Source of the DNA: Candidatus Omnitrophota bacterium
GTDB lineage: Bacteria; Omnitrophota; Gorgyraeia; Zapsychrales; Zapsychraceae
DNA: 64,000 bases
NCBI GenBank assembly: GCA_030637405.1
Contig: DAOWGP010000034.1
Span: 1,358-65,357 of the forward strand
Direction of reading: 5' to 3'
Of this stretch, positions 61,148-64,000 are shown in pieces. The notes beneath the pieces were generated by a model. That model was given only the letters and a program-made list of their open reading frames with translations. It was not told where the DNA came from and ran no database searches. A program made the position numbers and the translations under genes. Numbering within the stretch: the first letter of the stretch is position 1; each line of letters opens with the position of its first letter.

Positions 61148-62419
61148 CTACATGTTTTCATAACCTAACAATTGCCGAATTTCTTTAATTGTTTTTAAAG
61201 TCGCTCCCTGATGGTTTTCGACTGTTTGTTGCGCTGCCTTACCGATCGCCCGAGCTTTTTCAGGGTTCGAAAGAAGTTTCCGCATTTCTTCTAATAGTTC
61301 TCTGGGATCGTCGACCTGGACCAATCCCTCTGATTTTAAAAAGATCGCCACCACATCCTTAAAATTTTGCGTCATCGGCCCAACAATGGTAGGTTTACCC
61401 AGGCAAGCCGATTCTATCATATTTTGTCCGCCGCCAACAGTAAGCGTTTTTCCTATAAAAACGATTTTTGCCAAACTGTAAAGATTACGGAGATGCCCGA
61501 TCGTATCAACGACCACAATAGACTTTGTGTCTCCCTTATGATCTTTTATTTCTGAAAATCGGATGGGATGGTACCCTTGCTTTTCAACAATACCGATAAC
61601 AAAATCGGCCCTTTCAATATGGCGTGGAGCAATAACTAAACGCAATCCGGGAAATCCCGCGATCAATGCATGGTACGCATTGATTAAAATGTCTTCTTCA
61701 CCCGGATGCGTGCTTCCGGCAATGAGAAGGTCTTCATCCTCGCCAAAACCTAAATCTTCTTTCTTTATTTCTGCCGCTCCCGGAACATTATCAAACTTTA
61801 AATTTCCAACAATACGCACTTTTTCCGGAGCCGCACCCAATCGCTCAATACGATCAGCATCCAGCGGGCTCTGCATACAGAATATGTCGACACAAGCCAG
61901 AACGCGTTTCGTCAAAACACGAACACGGTTGTACCCTCGATAGGCCTTATCGGAAATGCGCCCATTGATCTGGATAACCGGAACAGACGCCTTATGAAGA
62001 GCCGAATAGAGATTAGGCCAAATCTCCGTCTCTGTTGAAATATAAATCGCGGGTTTAATCGTTGTAATAAATTTCCGGACGGTCCAGCTGAAATCCAGTG
62101 GCGCATAAATAACAAGGCAATCGCCGCCTAGTTGTTCTTGAGCAAGCTGATTTCCGGTTTTTGTAACGGTTGAGCAAATAATCGTGTGCTGCGGGAACTC
62201 TTTTTTCAATTTCCGGATAAGATCCGTGATGGCTAATACTTCACCGACACTAACGGCATGAATCCAGATGCATTTTTGCGCTTCATTTCTCCCGGCAAGC
62301 ACAGACCCCAAACATCCAAACCGCGTCTTAAATCCCGGATGCCATTTTCCAAGAATGACTAAATAGGGAAAATAGAGGATCGCCAAAAAAACAAATACGA
62401 TATCGTACATAATCGACAT
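61148..62419 (-). CDS. waaA: 3-deoxy-D-manno-octulosonic acid transferase
   Basis: IWIHAVSVGE signature near the N-terminus; 423 aa. Confidence 0.9.
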   Translation of the reverse strand: MSIMYDIVFVFLAILYFPYLVILGKWHPGFKTRFGCLGSVLAGRNEAQKCIWIHAVSVGEVLAITDLIRKLKKEFPQHTIICSTVTKTGNQLAQEQLGGDCLVIYAPLDFSWTVRKFITTIKPAIYISTETEIWPNLYSALHKASVPVIQINGRISDKAYRGYNRVRVLTKRVLACVDIFCMQSPLDADRIERLGAAPEKVRIVGNLKFDNVPGAAEIKKEDLGFGEDEDLLIAGSTHPGEEDILINAYHALIAGFPGLRLVIAPRHIERADFVIGIVEKQGYHPIRFSEIKDHKGDTKSIVVVDTIGHLRNLYSLAKIVFIGKTLTVGGGQNMIESACLGKPTIVGPMTQNFKDVVAIFLKSEGLVQVDDPRELLEEMRKLLSNPEKARAIGKAAQQTVENHQGATLKTIKEIRQLLGYENM

Positions 62420-62492
62420 AAGGTTATATTCTTAAGCGTGGGCATTTCATAATAAAAAACGAGTTGCGGGCGACAAGCCGCGAACAATGAAT

Positions 62493-63353
62493 CTACGCTC
62501 TCGGATGAGCTTTATTGTAGACCGCTTTTAGACGATCCGTTGTCACATGCGTATATATTTGGGTCGTCGAAAGATTAACATGCCCTAACAGCTCCTGAAC
62601 CGAACGCAGATCAGCCCCGCGGTTCAGCAAATGCGTCGCAAATGAATGCCGCACGACATGCGGCGAAACATTCGCAGTCATACCCACCGTCATGATGTGT
62701 TTATTAACAATGTTGCGCACGCTCCTATCAGAAAGCCGCGTTCCGTTCTTATTTAGAAATAACGTGTTCGATTTCTGTTTTCTGTCTTTAAGATAATTAC
62801 GAATGGCGTCGAGCGCCTTATCCCCAATGGGGATCAGCCGCTCCTTCTTTCCCTTTCCGGAAACTTTCGTGATATTGCCGATCAAGTCCACGTTATTGAT
62901 ATTTAAGCCGACAAGTTCGCTGACGCGCATTCCCGTGCTGTAGAGAGTTTCAAGAATCGCCCTATCTCTTTTTCCTGAAATTTTCTCAAGCGATGGCGCT
63001 TCGATAAGTTTGGCCATTTCATCCTCGCTTAAGAATTTCGGAAGCATCTTGTCGAGTTTCGGCGACATTAATAAAACGGCCGGATTTTCGCAAATAAACC
63101 CTTCACGATGAAGAAATTTAAAAAAACTTCTTAATGAAGATAGCTTTCTGGTAAGGGTACGCGGACGATAGTGTTTTGCGCGCAACCGCGCAAGGAATCT
63201 CCGCAGGAAAAGATAATCGACCTTTTCAACAGGAGTTTGGCCAATAAATTGAAGAAAATCCTCTAAATCAATGCGGTAATTGAGAATCGTATGCGGAGAG
63301 TAATTCTTTTCGATCTCCAGGTAAGAAATGAATTTATCAAGATAGCGGTTCAT
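62493..63353 (-). CDS. xerC: Tyrosine recombinase XerC/XerD family
   Basis: N-terminal SAM-like domain (SPHTILNYRIDLEDFL); catalytic R...HxxR...Y (HVVRHSFATHLL, LGHVNLSTTQIYTHV). Confidence 0.88.
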   Translation of the reverse strand: MNRYLDKFISYLEIEKNYSPHTILNYRIDLEDFLQFIGQTPVEKVDYLFLRRFLARLRAKHYRPRTLTRKLSSLRSFFKFLHREGFICENPAVLLMSPKLDKMLPKFLSEDEMAKLIEAPSLEKISGKRDRAILETLYSTGMRVSELVGLNINNVDLIGNITKVSGKGKKERLIPIGDKALDAIRNYLKDRKQKSNTLFLNKNGTRLSDRSVRNIVNKHIMTVGMTANVSPHVVRHSFATHLLNRGADLRSVQELLGHVNLSTTQIYTHVTTDRLKAVYNKAHPRA

Positions 63354-63415
63354 AATCGGTAAATAGTGAATGGTAAATCATTAATAGCAGATTATCGTGC
63401 AGGCGATTTTCTTGA

Positions 63416-63706
63416 TCAATCAATTTTTCTTGATATTTGCTTATAAATATCTTTTCGATGGCCAATCGTTAATATTATCACAAGGATTTCTTTATGGAAA
63501 ACTCGATATATAATCCTGTAGTCTCCAGAGCGATATGATAAGAAACCTTTTAATTCTCTAGTAAGATGCTTACCTATTTCCGAATTTTCCGCGATCCGCC
63601 CGATGGATTCTTTAATTTGACGTTTTTTCTTTAAGGAGAGCTTATCAATATCTTTCTTTGCTTCTTTTGTATAGACAATTTTAAACATCTTTAAAGACAT
63701 CCTCAT
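63416..63706 (-). CDS. Type II toxin, ParE/RelE family
   Basis: 96 aa, basic, C-terminal YRIIYRV...ILVIILTIGHRKDIY pattern; overlaps the upstream antitoxin gene. Confidence 0.8.
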   Translation of the reverse strand: MRMSLKMFKIVYTKEAKKDIDKLSLKKKRQIKESIGRIAENSEIGKHLTRELKGFLSYRSGDYRIIYRVFHKEILVIILTIGHRKDIYKQISRKID

Positions 63707-63932
63707 GAGAATATAAATCGCCGTTTTTAATATCCTCTTCCGCCCTTAAAATCGCCTGTAACATTTTTTGATCCGCTTTAATCTCTAATGTTTCCAGTTC
63801 TTCCGGAGAAAGCAAAACCGCTTCCGGTTTCCCATTTCTTGTTATAATTAAATGCTTTTCCACATTCGAAATTTTTTTAATCAATTCAGGAAGTTTTCCT
63901 CTCACCTCTGATATTGACATAATATAATCCAT
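63681..63932 (-). CDS. Type II antitoxin, Phd/YefM family (start refined to the ATG 7 nt after a GGAGGTGA SD)
   Basis: VRGKLPELIKKISNVEKHLIITRNGKPEAVLLSPEELETLE is the Phd/YefM fold signature; antitoxin precedes and overlaps the toxin. Confidence 0.82.
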   Translation of the reverse strand: MDYIMSISEVRGKLPELIKKISNVEKHLIITRNGKPEAVLLSPEELETLEIKADQKMLQAILRAEEDIKNGDLYSHEDVFKDV

Positions 63933-63953
63933 TTTTTTCACCTCCATCTAAAG

Positions 63954-63971
63954 TGTACAATATTTTGTACA
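63954..63971 (-). promoter_or_regulatory. Palindromic operator-like site upstream of the antitoxin gene
   Basis: tgtacaa-tatt-ttgtaca is a perfect 7-bp inverted repeat, 7 nt upstream of the SD. This is the typical position for autoregulation by the TA complex. Confidence 0.5.
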
Positions 63972-64000
63972 ACCTTACAAGACTTTTTATTTGTAAATAA

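Noticed and set aside
1-64000. CRISPR arrays, IS elements or integrases as part of a defense island
   Set aside because: There are no arrays of short direct repeats with spacers. No transposase or Cas-like ORFs are present. The only recombinase is a XerC/D-type enzyme with typical housekeeping features.

Overview
This 64-kb window comes from a bacterium that makes LPS (a diderm). About 65 protein-coding genes are present, and every supported gene is on the minus strand. The content is core housekeeping, running from high to low coordinates:

- a Phd/YefM-ParE/RelE toxin-antitoxin pair and xerC at the high-coordinate edge;
- a long LPS/lipid A block: waaA, lpxK, an LpxL-like acyltransferase fused to a GT-B-like domain, a GT4-GT9 fusion, a GT4, three GT9 heptosyltransferases, an hldE kinase domain, kdsBADC, and lptA-like plus lptB;
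- tig-clpP, a PGDH-like dehydrogenase, purA, and two coiled-coil lipoproteins (one with an OmpA domain);
- a conserved uppS-cdsA-dxr-rseP-[CpaF-like ATPase]-proS-rimP-nusA-infB-trpS run;
- scpA, ruvB, a SpoIID-like protein, queA, a PEBP protein, a TMTC-like glycosyltransferase-TPR gene split by a single in-frame TAG, a VOC protein, tgt, trmD-rplS-rnhB-yraN, fchA-folD, a degenerate FAD oxidoreductase, a TPR protein, polA, glgA, coaE, rho, rpmE, prfA-prmC, murA and trpGDCF.

I see no rRNA, tRNA, CRISPR array, IS element or obvious defense island. I do not see a convincing self-contained novel system here, so treat the following as leads rather than discoveries:

- a premature in-frame TAG inside a TPR repeat (TAG is a real stop elsewhere in the window, for trpG);
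- an orphan CpaF/TadA-like secretion ATPase inserted into an otherwise conserved syntenic block;
- a 178-nt structured element closed by a perfect 13-bp helix at 438-615;
- unusual domain architectures: GT4-GT9, LpxL-ELM1-like, a trigger factor without its PPIase domain, and ProS with a Cys4 insert in place of the editing domain;
- a TA module with a palindromic operator next to xerC at the window edge.

All calls rest on motif-level reading of the supplied translations; no database search was possible.
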